A DNA stretch of 62,621 nt, the filler included, from Asterionella formosa (lineage: Eukaryota), in assembly GCA_002256025.1 (NCBI GenBank). It is 13 parts of 13 records of this genome, joined end to end, with 100 filler letters (N's around TTAATTAATTAA, not from the genome) between each part and the next. Parts side by side here need not be neighbours in the genome. Positions count along the whole stretch, not along the records: positions 50,672 to 52,078 come from NKIB01002586.1; positions 52,179 to 53,585 come from NKIB01002587.1; positions 53,686 to 55,091 come from NKIB01002589.1; positions 55,192 to 56,597 come from NKIB01002590.1; positions 56,698 to 58,103 come from NKIB01002591.1; positions 58,204 to 59,609 come from NKIB01002592.1; positions 59,710 to 61,115 come from NKIB01002593.1; 6 more parts are not named here. One strand, written 5' to 3'. The notes beneath the pieces were generated by a model. The model saw only the letters and a list, made by a program, of their open reading frames with translations. It searched no databases and was not told the origin of the DNA. The translations under genes were made by a program, and so were the position numbers. Below, in pieces: positions 50,572 through 61,215 of the stretch (position 1 is its first letter; each line of letters begins with the position of its first letter).

Positions 50572-50671
50572 NNNNNNNNNNNNNNNNNNNNNNNNNNNNN
50601 NNNNNNNNNNNNNNNTTAATTAATTAANNNNNNNNNNNNNNNNNNNNNNNNNNNNNNNNNNNNNNNNNNNN

Positions 50672-52078
50672 AACGCCACAACATGACGAAGTCCCAAGGA
50701 TCATGAATGGGAAGAAAACTTTGCTGCATTCTGGTGGTACCATTGGACTTGGGAAACAGCGAGGAAGGTTGTATCCCGCCGTATCAAACGGTTTCGAAAA
50801 AGAGGAGTTGGAACGAAGAGATGTGACAAGAACTGACATAAACATGACACTTCTGTCCGACTCGGTCGATGGAGCAAAAGAAACGACACCAGCGTCCGGT
50901 CATTTGCAAATGGCTGTACTTGATTAAAAACAAATAACCATTTTGTTAGTAACTATTTATGAGTAAATAAAAATTCTTACTTCCATCTTTCCCCATAGGA
51001 ATCAAGCAAAAATGAAAGTGGTCCTGACGAGGAATACTGTGTCGTCGATCCGGAAAGTGGGGAACTCATTCGCTTCAGTCCTACGATGCCTCTGGAATGC
51101 AAATGCTCAAGGATGACGAGTTTGACCTATTGAAGGAAGATTTGCAATGGAAGAACGGATCTGAGCATATATATAGCTAAAACAAGGAAAGACGACACAA
51201 CAATTAAAGTGATGGCTGGTTGTTGAGGATACCAGTATGTGATACGCATCAGTCCATATCACAAATCATATTATAGTGATGTACATATCAACGCATCCGT
51301 ATACTTAGATCCTATCCACTGTATAATACTATCATATTAACTGTTGACTTTAACTGTATATATTAAACGACAAACATATATATTAATTAACATACTTAAT
51401 GATTGCTTGATTTATATTCTGTGATGTATCGATAACACTTGCGTACATATTTTATCGTATTTTATTGTCATTGTACTATTTTTACATGATCATATTTTGA
51501 TCAAAATTATATCATTTATATTTCATAAAATCATCATAATTTTAGGATCAATGTATCATAGCTATGTGATGTACTTTATTCAATATTACGTATCATACTT
51601 CGGTGATGTATGCATCGATGTAACCTTATCATGATATCACAGTATCATCTTATCAATCATGATGAGATGATTGGGAAGCAACTGTATTCTGCATCGTGCT
51701 ACAGGGTATATTATTATATCACGCAATTTAGTAGCAAAGTCACTCCGCCTGTAATGTACTAAAGTCGACAGTGCACATACCGGGTACCGGTACTCAAACG
51801 CTAATCAGGTTTGAGGCAACGGACAGTGGTTCGAACGAGCGAATGATGATACCACGGGTACCAATTTTTCCAACGAAAGAACTTGTCTCTCTATTGATGA
51901 GGATGACACGGACACAGACACCGACTTTTTCAGGAGCAAACAACAATGAAAAGACCCACTTGTCGCTCTATTGATGGTAAAAAAGATGCGGACAAGTTCA
52001 ACAGTGAATACAAAGAACAACATACCATTGAAAACAAGTCGACAGTGTGTGCACGCACACGCCAAGCAAGTTTGAGGC
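50672..52078 (+). repeat. Multicopy composite repeat, copy A (HA-domain-like remnant, PGRL1 exon with internal deletion, ATCA-rich tract, start of about 270-bp direct repeat)
   Basis: Colinear and highly similar to 59790-61115 and 61216-62621. Confidence 0.9.
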
Positions 52079-52178
52079 NNNNNNNNNNNNNNNNNNNNNN
52101 NNNNNNNNNNNNNNNNNNNNNNTTAATTAATTAANNNNNNNNNNNNNNNNNNNNNNNNNNNNNNNNNNNNNNNNNNNN

Positions 52179-52996
52179 ATGACTACACGACTATATTTGG
52201 AAAGGAACCAAAGAAAGCCTCAACGCCGGGATTCCCGGGAACGGTCCTAAGTAAGAACCGAGGAGAGACGATCAAGAATATGGAATATCGCTCCCTCGTT
52301 GGAAAGATACTTTACTTCGTGAAGAAAATATCGCCAGTATGCGCCAACGCATGTCGTGAATTGTCACAGCACCTCGACAACCCAGGCGAAACGCACTGGC
52401 AAGCATTGGAACGCCTACTCGGGTATTTGTGTCTACATGGGGACATTGCATGCAGAATGAAACTGCGTGCGCCCAACGAGCTACGTATTCAAGATGTCGT
52501 GGATAGCGCCTTCGCCTCTAATCCTGATACACGAAAAAGTGTCAGCGGTTATTTAGGCACGATCGGAGGGTGCGCCCTAATTCACTGGATATCAAAAGGA
52601 CAGGATATCGTAACGCAATCAAGCACCGAGTGTGAATATGTCGCACTCAGTAACGGCTCAAAGGAAACTGTCTTCGCAACGAATCTACTGGGCGAAATTA
52701 CCACAATCGCGATGCCTAGTCTAATGGGTGAGGACAATACCGGTGCGATTTATTTAACGAAAAATCATCAGGTCGGGGCACGTACAAAACACATCGACGT
52801 TAGATACCACTATGTACGAGAACAAGTCGAAAACGGAACGATTAAGGTTGACTACGTCAATACGGAAAAGAATCCAGCAGATGTTCTAACTAAAAATGTC
52901 ACGGACAAGATTATGAACATGCACGGATATGCGATCCAAAACGGGATGATGGATTGTTGGAACAAGGAGAGTGTTAAAGTGAGCTCATCTACGTAG
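52179..52996 (+). mobile_element. Copia RT C-terminus and RNase H (intact frame, stop inside the LTR)
   Basis: YRSLVGKILY, VDSAFAS, RKSVSGY, SSTECEYVAL, EDNTGAI, RTKHIDVRYHYVRE, NPADVLTK. PPT GGAACAAGGAGAG at 52959-52971. Confidence 0.95.
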
Positions 52997-53392
52997 TTAG
53001 GACTCGGAGTCAAACGAGTCAAATGATTCGAATGAGTCCACTTTGATGTACCAAGCTCTCATCAACCACACATTATACTTTGCTACTCCGACTATAATGA
53101 GCCGGACAACATAAGCTATTTGGGAAGACCGATAGTTTGAAATGAATGATCATGGTTAAATACCTATGATCAGTAAGTGTGAGATAGACATGGGTCTATC
53201 TATGATTGTATGTTCCTAGAAATGCAAACAGCATTTGGAGAATAGTTCGTTTGTTTTGTTCAAACAGAACAACCTAAACTAGATTAGTAAACTCACAATA
53301 AGAATATAGAAACGGAAAGAGAAACGAACGTCTCTATCTATAGTCTTCTTTGTCTAACGATATAGATCTATACAAAAGGTAATACTTTAACA
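52972..53392 (+). mobile_element. 3' LTR, 421 bp
   Basis: Perfect terminal inverted repeat TGTTAAAGT...ACTTTAACA directly after the PPT. Second copy at 11-431. Confidence 0.92.
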
Positions 53393-53514
53393 CATATATA
53401 CCGGTATTATCTGTAAGTATGAACTCTTATATTGTGGCTGTTACCTGGTACCTGGTACCTGGTACCTGGTAGTACGTTTACCATACACCGTATACTTCAT
53501 TGTCCTGGACCCCC

Positions 53515-53585
53515 TAAGGTTCCTGCATTTCAACCCTAGCTTAGAGGTAGGGTTAAAATTATAAAATTGAGTCAGACTAATCAAA
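53515..53585. mobile_element. Kolobok-like TIR element end, copy 4
   Basis: TAAGGTTCCTGCATTTCAACCCTAGCTTAGAGGTAGGGTTAAAA runs into the contig end. Confidence 0.75.
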
Positions 53586-54402
53586 NNNNNNNNNNNNNNN
53601 NNNNNNNNNNNNNNNNNNNNNNNNNNNNNTTAATTAATTAANNNNNNNNNNNNNNNNNNNNNNNNNNNNNNNNNNNNNNNNNNNNAACAACCATAGAAAG
53701 TATATATGTATGCAACAATAGTTGTTCTAGTATTGAACATATAATTATGATAGGTTTCCCACATATATTTGAGTGGCTGGTTGATGTAGCTAAAACAGCA
53801 TTTGGCAATATGATGTATATGAAGGTTGCGAGGTTTGATTCCCGCAATATTTTTAGAAGCATTTGTTGAGTTGGACTCCCACTCTCCCTACCGTCCTGCA
53901 CGCTCTTGCCTGGTGTGCAAGAAATAACAGTAAATTTTAAAACCGTAATTAGATGAAATGTGACTTCCGGTTTCTAATATTTTTCATTGTTGCACTGCTA
54001 CTGAAACTTGAATCCATAAATGGGCATTTAACTTGTGCTTCTTGCATTTTCGCAGTATAGACTGGCTGGTGGGCGATAAGCCAAAGTGTCTGGCTATTTA
54101 TGAACATCTACAAAGTAGTGCTGTTGTCGAGGGTTGTGTCTGAATCCAACTGCTGCCATCCATTGAACTGTTCCAGATACATCAAAGAACATGCTCCTGT
54201 TGTCAAAGGTAAGGAAATAGTACGATGACAAAGGAAATCTGATGAGACATGAAAATTACAAAACCAGAATCACTCTGTCACTATACATAGACAGTCTCTT
54301 GCTTCTTTGTGCATATCCCCTGCTATGCTTGTCTGTAAATAAAAAGTATCATGAAAATATGATCAAGGGTATCGTACGCTAAGTGGCACAGGATTTTCAA
54401 AT

Positions 54403-55091
54403 ATATGATTGTTTTTCGATCAAAAATATGATCAATGTATCATATAATTATGATCATGCAGTAAACTTTTACCGAGCTTGAAGTATGATGAGACTATCAT
54501 AGCTATAATACCATTGCATCATATAATTAGTTAAGCATGGACATATGATGTGTATACTTTTGTCATACATCTATCTTAGCATGATCGTAATTCTCATCGA
54601 TATCACTGTCTAAAATAGGATGAAATTGATCGAAATTTAGAACTATAGATAAGAATGGTTTTATGTTTCTAGATCTTGAGTGGCTACAGAATGTTCTACA
54701 ATGCTCTCATCGCAATGATTGGTGCTTCAGCTTTCACTTTCACTTCCACATTCCCCCCAATCCAATTCTGAAGGTTGTTGTACTGGTTGCCTTGCCGTTG
54801 TTCCCCTGCTTGCTTTGTTCCATTTACTCCTGAGGGTTCTGAGTTTGCATTCACGCACTGTTGAATCCGTTTCGTTGTTCCAATCAGCCATACTAACAAA
54901 GAGAAGCAATTCATTGTTAGCTGGTGTTCATGTTTTGCTTACACAACAACATGCATTTCGCTTCTATCTGCCTTCACTTGAGGAGGTAACTGATGCATAT
55001 TTCTGTAGAAGAATGTGTCAGTCGAAGATTGAATGAGAAGCAAAGTATCGATCAATAAATGGGCTCCAACACTGCTGTTTGTAACTTACAA
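54403..55091 (+). repeat. Copy of the repeat at 31100-31795
   Basis: Direct alignment by eye over about 690 bp. Confidence 0.85.
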
Positions 55092-55191
55092 NNNNNNNNN
55101 NNNNNNNNNNNNNNNNNNNNNNNNNNNNNNNNNNNTTAATTAATTAANNNNNNNNNNNNNNNNNNNNNNNNNNNNNNNNNNNNNNNNNNNN

Positions 55192-55545
55192 TGTGATAGT
55201 AATGTAATAAATTTAATAACTTGGAGTCGTATATACCACGGTACCTTGACCTGGTAAAGTAGACTAGTCTACAGTTTTTAATCACTATTTATATACATAG
55301 CGAACCACAAGAAGAAACTGGATAACAAACCCAGACAGGCAGAACCACATTGAAGTATCTAACTAGAAGTAGTAGTATTTGTTGAATATATGAGCTTATT
55401 AATTAATCCTTATGTATAACTCATTTCCTGAACTGACATCAAAGTATAGAATGGGTGTTAGTCGAGTTCTCTCATTATTGAATTCCGATATATTTGACAT
55501 AACCCCAACTCTATATATATCTGTATCGATGTGCAGGATTGCTCA
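55192..55545 (-). mobile_element. Probable Gypsy 3' LTR
   Basis: On minus, PPT GTGTGGGAGAG is followed by TGAGCAATCC at 55545. Distal boundary uncertain. Confidence 0.55.
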
Positions 55546-55571
55546 CTCTCCCACACTTGAGGGAAAACCTT

Positions 55572-56597
55572 TTACCTATGAAAAGGTTTGATACGACGAA
55601 TATTAATTCGTTCGGTAATATGCATAGTGCGTTGAAAAGTAACTGTACCATTGGCATGTACTTGAATAATACTATAAGGACCTCGTCCACGATCATCCAA
55701 AGTAGTAGGATTATCCAATAATATTAAAATCTCGTCACCCACTTTGTAATCATAAGATCGACGACGGAAATTTGCACGACGTAAACGTTCGTCAATTATC
55801 ACCTGTCGACGTTGATGTATTAATTGTAAATCTGTAATCAAAGGAATATTTAATATCATATCACGTTGGAAAACCCATGCTCCTGGTGAAATACGTAATA
55901 TACTATGAATAGTAGCTCGAGCTGCATATGACGCAGCTGCAAAACATGTATCCACAATATTTTGGGCTTGAAATTCATTGATTGGAGGATGAGCCTTTAA
56001 CATAACTCGTAGACTATTGCTGATAGATTGATGGAAACGTTCACAGATAGCATTTGCTTGTGGATTCTTTACTGTGGTAGTCACATCTTTGATTCCATTC
56101 AATACTAACATGTGTAAGAAAGGAGCACCAGTAAATTCACCTCCATTGTCATGTATACAACGTTCTGGACGGGGATATCTGGCTAACCAATCATTTTCAA
56201 ATTTCATTGCAATATATTCTGATGTTTTATTGATGATACGTGAAATTTCTGCTAAATTGGTGACTGTGTCAATACAAGTTAGAGCACGAAATTCAATCGT
56301 TTGAGCAGCCACTGTTATCTTCCATGGACCAATTAGATCTACTGCGACTTCTGACCATGGTAATAATAATGCATTCCTGGGTGGAAGTTCACCAAAACCA
56401 GTACCAGGTAATTTTGTACGTTGACATGCTTCACATACTCTTACAATATGTTCCACTCTTGTTTTTAATATAGGGTGATAAAAATGTGTAGCAATTGTAG
56501 CATTTAATCTTGTCATACCCACATGAGCTAACATCTGATGATACCAATTAATAATAGGATCCAATAATGATGTAGGAATAGCAATACGCCAAGTATC
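55572..56597 (-). mobile_element. Ty3/Gypsy integrase (intact frame)
   Basis: H-X4-H...CEAC zinc finger, VAVDLIGPW, IHDNGGEF, NPQANAICER, GPY motif. Integrase is last before the PPT, which is the Gypsy order. Confidence 0.93.
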
Positions 56598-56997
56598 NNN
56601 NNNNNNNNNNNNNNNNNNNNNNNNNNNNNNNNNNNNNNNNNTTAATTAATTAANNNNNNNNNNNNNNNNNNNNNNNNNNNNNNNNNNNNNNNNNNNNTCG
56701 TCGTTCGTCCGCCCACCCTCATGACTGACTTGATTCGTCGGACTCTTTATAACATTGATACGAATTGCCTCATGCACGACACAACAACTGAGGATGCATG
56801 TGGAACCAAGAGGATGTAATGGTGTGCCCCAGCAAGCATGGCAATATACCCAAATCGTATCACATCACCATGATCCAAACCAAAGAACAAATAAATGAAA
56901 ATGCAAGCACAGCAAGGTCAAGCAGTAGTAGATTTACAATACTCATAAAAGCAACAAGCAATGCAATTCACGAGGCTTGCCTTCAAGGGTTATGACA

Positions 56998-57263
56998 TGT
57001 TGAAATTGCGTCCCGAAGCACTCTATGCTTTCTTGTATCCTGTAAGGACACGTCAGGGACCAAATAGGCTGTAGATATAACAACGATGTCTCCGTGATCG
57101 ATTGTAATCGTTCCTAAGAGTTTTAATAGAATTATGGGTTTTTACTGTTGGCGTAGATTGTTTTCGAATTCTCTGGTACCATATTCTTTCTTGATTCATT
57201 CGATTCAATATGTAGTAGGTAATTTATACCGGGATTTTCTTTCCTAAAATATTTTCTCCAACA
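56998..57263 (-). mobile_element. 3' LTR (266 bp) of the Copia family at 13220
   Basis: On minus, CAGCAGGAGTG precedes TGTTGGAGAA and the LTR ends TTTCAACA. Confidence 0.88.
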
Positions 57264-57285
57264 CACTCCTGCTGGACACGGATGC

Positions 57286-58103
57286 TCACTTTGAATTCAT
57301 AATTTCCTGACGAAAATGAATAAATTTCATTCCAACCAGTGGTTTCGTCATGTAGTCTGCTAACATTGCATCCGATGGACAGTACTTGATTTGTACTTCC
57401 TTTCTTTCAATAAGATCAGTAATATAAAAATATTTGATGTTGAAATGTCGCGTGCGTTTTCCTGAACTTGCTTTTCCATTCGCTTCTAGCTTCATTGCGC
57501 TAGTGTTGTCACGGTAAATGACATTCGTAGTCACCTTGTGTCCTTGTGCTTCAATAAATAATTTCGTCCACAACACCTTTGATATGATGTCATCGACACC
57601 AACCAACTCAGCTTCAGTCGAGCTTCTAGTGTTCACTTTCTGTTTCGTGGACATAGAACAAATAATTCCGTTTCCAAGTGACATTGTAGCTCCTGTGTGA
57701 CTTTTAAAATCTTTGTGCACTGCAAACGCCGCATCAACGTACCATTTAATGCTCTGAGTGTCATCAGCACTCATAGATGCAACCTCGTTCTGAGTTGCTT
57801 TCAAGAAATTCATGATCTTGACTAATTTTACCCAATCACCTTCATTCGGTTCGATAGTTCGGGTTGCCAGAAATGCAATTCCTGGTTGAATGTCCTGTCT
57901 TCCTCGCTTACATAGGAACATTCCTTTCATAACAAAAGTATGAAATATTTTTGCTTTTTCATATTCAAGCTTCTTTGATTTTGTATCAACTGTGAACAGT
58001 TTATCTGTCCATGGGAATTTTCCAACACCTTCAAGTTTCACTGGAAAATCATCAATCATTGATTTCACATATTTGGTCATGTCCACCCTCAACACTCCTG
58101 GAA
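57286..58103 (-). mobile_element. Copia RT C-terminus and RNase H (intact frame)
   Basis: KRGRQDIQ, WYVDAAFAVH, SHTGA, SSTEAELV, RDNTSAM, RTRHFNIKYFYITD, ADYMTKPL. Confidence 0.95.
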
Positions 58104-58203
58104 NNNNNNNNNNNNNNNNNNNNNNNNNNNNNNNNNNNNNNNNNNNNTTAATTAATTAANNNNNNNNNNNNNNNNNNNNNNNNNNNNNNNNNNNNNNNNN
58201 NNN

Positions 58204-59609
58204 CATTAATTGATGGTGTACCCAAGGCATGAAATAGATCACGAGCTCGCTTAGCTCTCTGAAATTGACGTTCAGTGTAAAATGTTTTGTTTTCTTCAAG
58301 TGTATTTAACATTTGAGCATTCTCCGCTCTAATTCTTGTAGTTGGCTTGAAAACATATAAGTTCATCCCAATTCTTTCAAATCGAACTGTTTTGTCAGGC
58401 AAATGAACAATGAATGCATCTTCTTTCTCAGAGTCATAGGTAATTCTGTACCTATCTGCCATTTCGGCATAACTGAAGATGTTTGTGATTGCCTTTTCAT
58501 TAAACCATACTTCTCCCCATTCTGGAAGATCAGCCTTCATATTAGTTACCATGGATCCACCATTTGTGGCCAGGTGCATTCTTCCATTGGTTGACATTCG
58601 AATGTTATTAACCATTTTTGGATTGCAAAAGACTGTGACACTTGATTGATTATCCAATAGTATCCAGTCAGGCATCTCAGATGCTTGGTAAAATTGTAGT
58701 TTCATATGAGCTCCCGTCCATCCAAATTGATTGGCATTTGCTTGCTGTGAAGCTTGTGATGACGGCGGGTTGTTGGAATTAACAGAGGTAACTGTACTCG
58801 TGTCGGATGTATTATTAGCCTGTGCCTGTGCATGGCTTTGAGCCTTGTTGATAGCCCATTCCTCTTTGGGTTTATTCTTGTCTTGGCACGAAGGGGATTT
58901 GTGACCTGCTTTTCCGCAGCAGTAACATTTTCCTTCTAACTGTGCAAACGATAAGTTCACGTCTTCGTCTTCCCTGCCTGCATCCTTCTGTTTCCTCTCT
59001 TTATCATTATCTCCTGTTTTCTTGTAGACAGATTTATTTGTTACGTCAAACCGATGGTTGCTGAGAACATTATTTGATTCGGTGATGGTCTTTGGGTATT
59101 GATCGTTGCCGAGTGATTGTTGAGTGTTCAGCCCGGTCATAATTGAACCGTATTTAGCTTTATCGGCATTATCGAGATATAAATATGCCATAAATTGACT
59201 GAAAGCTTGTTCGCGAAATTTATCTCGTTGTTTGATGTCATTCTCATTGTATCCATCCATGGCTTCAACGAACTTGGTGAGGATAATGGGTCCTCCCATG
59301 TGTGACTTGAGCACATCTCGTGCCACACGAAATCTCTTGGTGTAGTCTTGTAGACTTTCTCCTTCCTTTTGCTTCGTGAACAAAAGCGTTCTCATCGCAT
59401 CTAAAATGATCGACATTGAATATCGATTCTCTTGAAAATTTAATGCGTGTTCTTTAATTGCCATAAGCAATGTTATTGGGTTATTTTCGATCCTATTGTA
59501 ATCGGATCTCGCTTCAATCTTGTTCTTCATGGCTTTGTTGCATCTTTCCCAGAGCAACGCATATGCCTTGGTATTATTATTTTCGTAGGCCTGTACCCTT
59601 TTACTGTAG
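58204..59609 (-). mobile_element. Copia gag-protease region, intact relative of 13497-17340
   Basis: Open across the whole contig. CYCCGKAGHKSPSC knuckle and WILLDNQS protease motif. Confidence 0.95.
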
Positions 59610-59709
59610 NNNNNNNNNNNNNNNNNNNNNNNNNNNNNNNNNNNNNNNNNNNNTTAATTAATTAANNNNNNNNNNNNNNNNNNNNNNNNNNNNNNNNNNN
59701 NNNNNNNNN

Positions 59710-61115
59710 TCCGACTTGGTCGATGGATGTCTCCCGCCTATTTGTGACTTCCTGCGCAACACAACAAAACTTGCCGCAACGACGAATCAAACGGTTTCGA
59801 ATATGAGGAGTGGTTGGAACGAAGAGACTTGTCATAAACATGACACTTCTGTCCGACTCGGTCGATGGAGCAAAAGAAACGACACCAGCGTCCGGTTATT
59901 TGCAAATGGCTGTACTTGATTAAAAACAAATAACCATTTTGTTAGTAACTATTTATGAGTAAATAAAAATTCTTACTTCCATCTTTCCCCATAGGAATCA
60001 AGCAAAAACGAAAGTAGTCCTGACGAGGAATACTGTGTCGTCGATCCGGAAAGTGGGGAACTCATTCGTCTCACAGTAGCCGAAAAGGAGCGTATCTTTC
60101 TGGACGCGCTTCAGTCCTACGATGCCACTGGAAGGCAAATGCTCAAGGATGACGAGTTTGACCTTTTGAAGGAAGATTTGCAATGGAACAGATCTGAGCA
60201 TATATATAGCTAAAACAAGGAAAGACGACACGACAATGAACGTGATGGCTGGTTGTTGAGGATACCGGTATGTGATATGCATCAATCCATGTCACAAATC
60301 ATATTATAGTGATGTACATATCAACGCATCCATATACTTAGATCCTATCCACTGTATAATACTATCATATTAACTGTTGACTTTAACTGTATACATTAAA
60401 CGACAAACACATATATTAATTAACATACTTTATAATTGCTTGATTTATATTCTGTGATGTATCGATAACACTTGCGTACATATTTTATCGTATTTTATTG
60501 TCATTGTACTATTTTTACATGATCATATTTTGATCAAAATTATATCATAAACATTTTATAAAATCATCATAATTTTAGGATCAATGTATCATAGCTCTGT
60601 GATATTTTTTATTCAATATTACGTATCATACTTCGGTGATGTATGCATCGATGTAACCCTATCATGATATCACAGTATCATCTTATCAATCATGATGAGA
60701 TGATTGGGAAGCAACTGTATTCTGCATTGTGCTACAGGGTATATTATTATATCACGCAATTTAGTAGCGAAGTCACTCCGCCTGTAATGTACTAAAGTCG
60801 ACAGTGCACATACCGGTACTCACACGCTAATCAGGTTTGAGGCAACGGACAGTGGTTCCAACAAGCGAATGATGATACCACGAGTACCAATTTTTCCAAC
60901 GAAAGAACTTGTCTCTCTATTGATGAGGATGACACGGACACCGACTTTTCCAGGAGCAAATAAAAATGAAGAAACACACTTCGTCTGCGTCGCTCTATTG
61001 ATGTTAACAAAGATGCGGACAAGTTCAACAGTGAATACAAGAACAACATACCATTGAAAACCAGTCAACAGTGTGTGCACGCACACGCCAAGCAAGTTTT
61101 AGGCAACGGACAATT
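59710..61115 (+). repeat. Multicopy composite repeat, copy B
   Basis: Similar to copies A and C from about 59785 onward; the first about 75 bp differ. Confidence 0.9.
59995..60213 (+). pseudogene. PGRL1: Captured PGRL1-like exon fragment inside the repeat (also about 50999-51170 and 61520-61745)
   Basis: After a pyrimidine tract and CATAG acceptor: ESSKNESSPDEEYCVVDPESGELIRLTVAEKERIFLDALQSYDATGRQMLKDDEFDLLKEDLQWN(R/G)SE, matching the PGRL1 motif E..FL.ALQS.Y..G..(M/L)...EFD.LKE.L.W.GS. Confidence 0.8.
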
Positions 61116-61215
61116 NNNNNNNNNNNNNNNNNNNNNNNNNNNNNNNNNNNNNNNNNNNNTTAATTAATTAANNNNNNNNNNNNNNNNNNNNNNNNNNNNN
61201 NNNNNNNNNNNNNNN

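Noticed and set aside
56698..59609. Contigs 10 and 11 as one continuous Copia with an internal gap
   Set aside because: Same family and strand, but the adjacency comes from length sorting; integrase and most of RT are missing and they need not be the same copy.
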